This document shows positions 62,601 to 64,000 of a stretch of DNA of 64,000 nucleotides, one piece after another (within the stretch, counting starts at the first letter, position 1; each line of letters begins with the position of its first letter). The position numbers and the translations under genes were made by a program. The DNA comes from Catajapyx aquilonaris (Eukaryota): positions 62,001 to 126,000 of the forward strand of contig KZ538009.1 of assembly GCA_000934665.2 (NCBI GenBank), read 5' to 3'. The notes beneath the pieces are model-generated. The model saw nothing but the letters and a program-made list of their open reading frames with translations, did not search any database and was not told the DNA's origin.

Positions 62601-64000
62601 AGAAGTTTCCTCCGGGTTTATCTTACAGCCTTCCTTTTACGCATGGTAGAATGTTCAAACATCTAGACTTTGCAAAGACAACAGTGTTAGACTTGCAGGT
62701 CCTCAGCATCACTACGTACAGTACGTGTACTAAGAAAACTAAATATTTATTATTCCGAAATGTTCCGCTGTATATTCGGCATGCTTCGTAATATTTTAGT
62801 TCACCGAATCATCATAACTTTATATGGCCCACATCAGTCTGAAGGAATGCGCTGAATCGCTATATTATTTTTAAAACCCCCACGACAAACAGATTTAATA
62901 TTTCCAACGGTGCAACACTAGCTATAGGGGCCAACCCAGCAGGCTTAATAATTTATCCTCCATGCAAACATTTGTCAGCGTTTTCCGAGGCCGGCCCCAT
63001 ATCATTTCAGTCATTTACTACCCCGAACCTGCCCCGAAAACATTAACGGAATTATGCTACCATATAAAATCCATAACTTTGGAAATGTGCGCCCAGATGT
63101 TTCAACCACAGAATTCACCTTGTAATGGCCCGCCGCCATTAGAAACTTTCAGCAGAATTCGGGCCGCCCAACCCTCCCCCGTATTATCCGGAGGTCGGGG
63201 AGGGCATAATATCGCCCCTCCGGCCACATATTTCGCCCCCGCAAGAAAAGGCTGTATGATGGCCGTGTCAAACAGCACATTACCCCAGCCACACTACAAC
63301 TCTCAAAAGCTCACCAAAATGAAATCACCACGTGAAATACGGGCCTAATCACTTTCTCCGGGGCCGCTTCTCATCTTTTACTATCCCCGGTGGTGATTTG
63401 CCCCCTCCATTTTTCTCTCCGTGGTCAGGGGAGTTGAAGGGAGAACCTCCCTCCGGATGCTGTCCAGGGATATCCAAGCTTCTCGTCCATGTTGACTCAG
63501 GCCCCGGGTATTGACATGGGGGCCTCTCCACCGGATGTTAGTCTTCGGCTCCAGTAATGATGGCCAACCAAATGGGTCCAGGGGGCAGTTCCCCGCTTTT
63601 CCCCCCTAAGGGTGGGTGGTACATTTTTTTTAGAAGACCACAGGACACGTCAGGAACCTGTAATATCAAGTGGGGGAGAAGCCCCCGCGAGAGTCAACCA
63701 CCCGCAAACGACCCCTTCAGATGCGATGCTATGGACTGACACAAGCCCAGGACGCAGTGCTCCGCGCCACGGAACATGCCAAGCCTCATGGGCTATTCAG
63801 TTACAAACCTGAAATCTCCCTAACCTGATAGCCATCAAAGGAAACGAGTCCTGTAACTCGAGTTGGAGAAAAAAAAAAAAAACACTTTCCTTTCAGACCA
63901 TTTCTGCATGTTGGTCAGGTTATAGCCAATTAAAAAAGTAACGGTTCTTCGTTCTTGAAAGTAACTGTTACGCTTGGCTCAGAGGGTGAAACGTTGCCAT

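Overview
Eukaryotic, metazoan (most likely arthropod) genomic DNA that is almost entirely non-coding; nearly all ORFs in the supplied track look like chance frames. The one clear gene is a 7-exon, + strand gene at 57312-59354. I reconstructed it by hand: all introns are GT-AG, the phases are consistent, and it encodes 440 aa. It fuses about 5 N-terminal ankyrin repeats to a complete Dronc/caspase-2-like p20/p10 caspase domain, with no CARD or DED and an unusual EACRG catalytic motif. The other ~57 kb holds a possible orphan exon at 21.2-21.9 kb (minus strand), a decayed BEL/Pao-like remnant at the window start, several MITEs and foldback hairpins (one MITE contains an inverted copy of its own flank), and a dispersed repeat family. 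There is also an apparent 1-2 kb alternation of homopolymer-rich and AT-rich blocks. I recognised no tRNA, rRNA, CRISPR array or conserved miRNA. All family assignments come from motif recognition by eye, not database searches.
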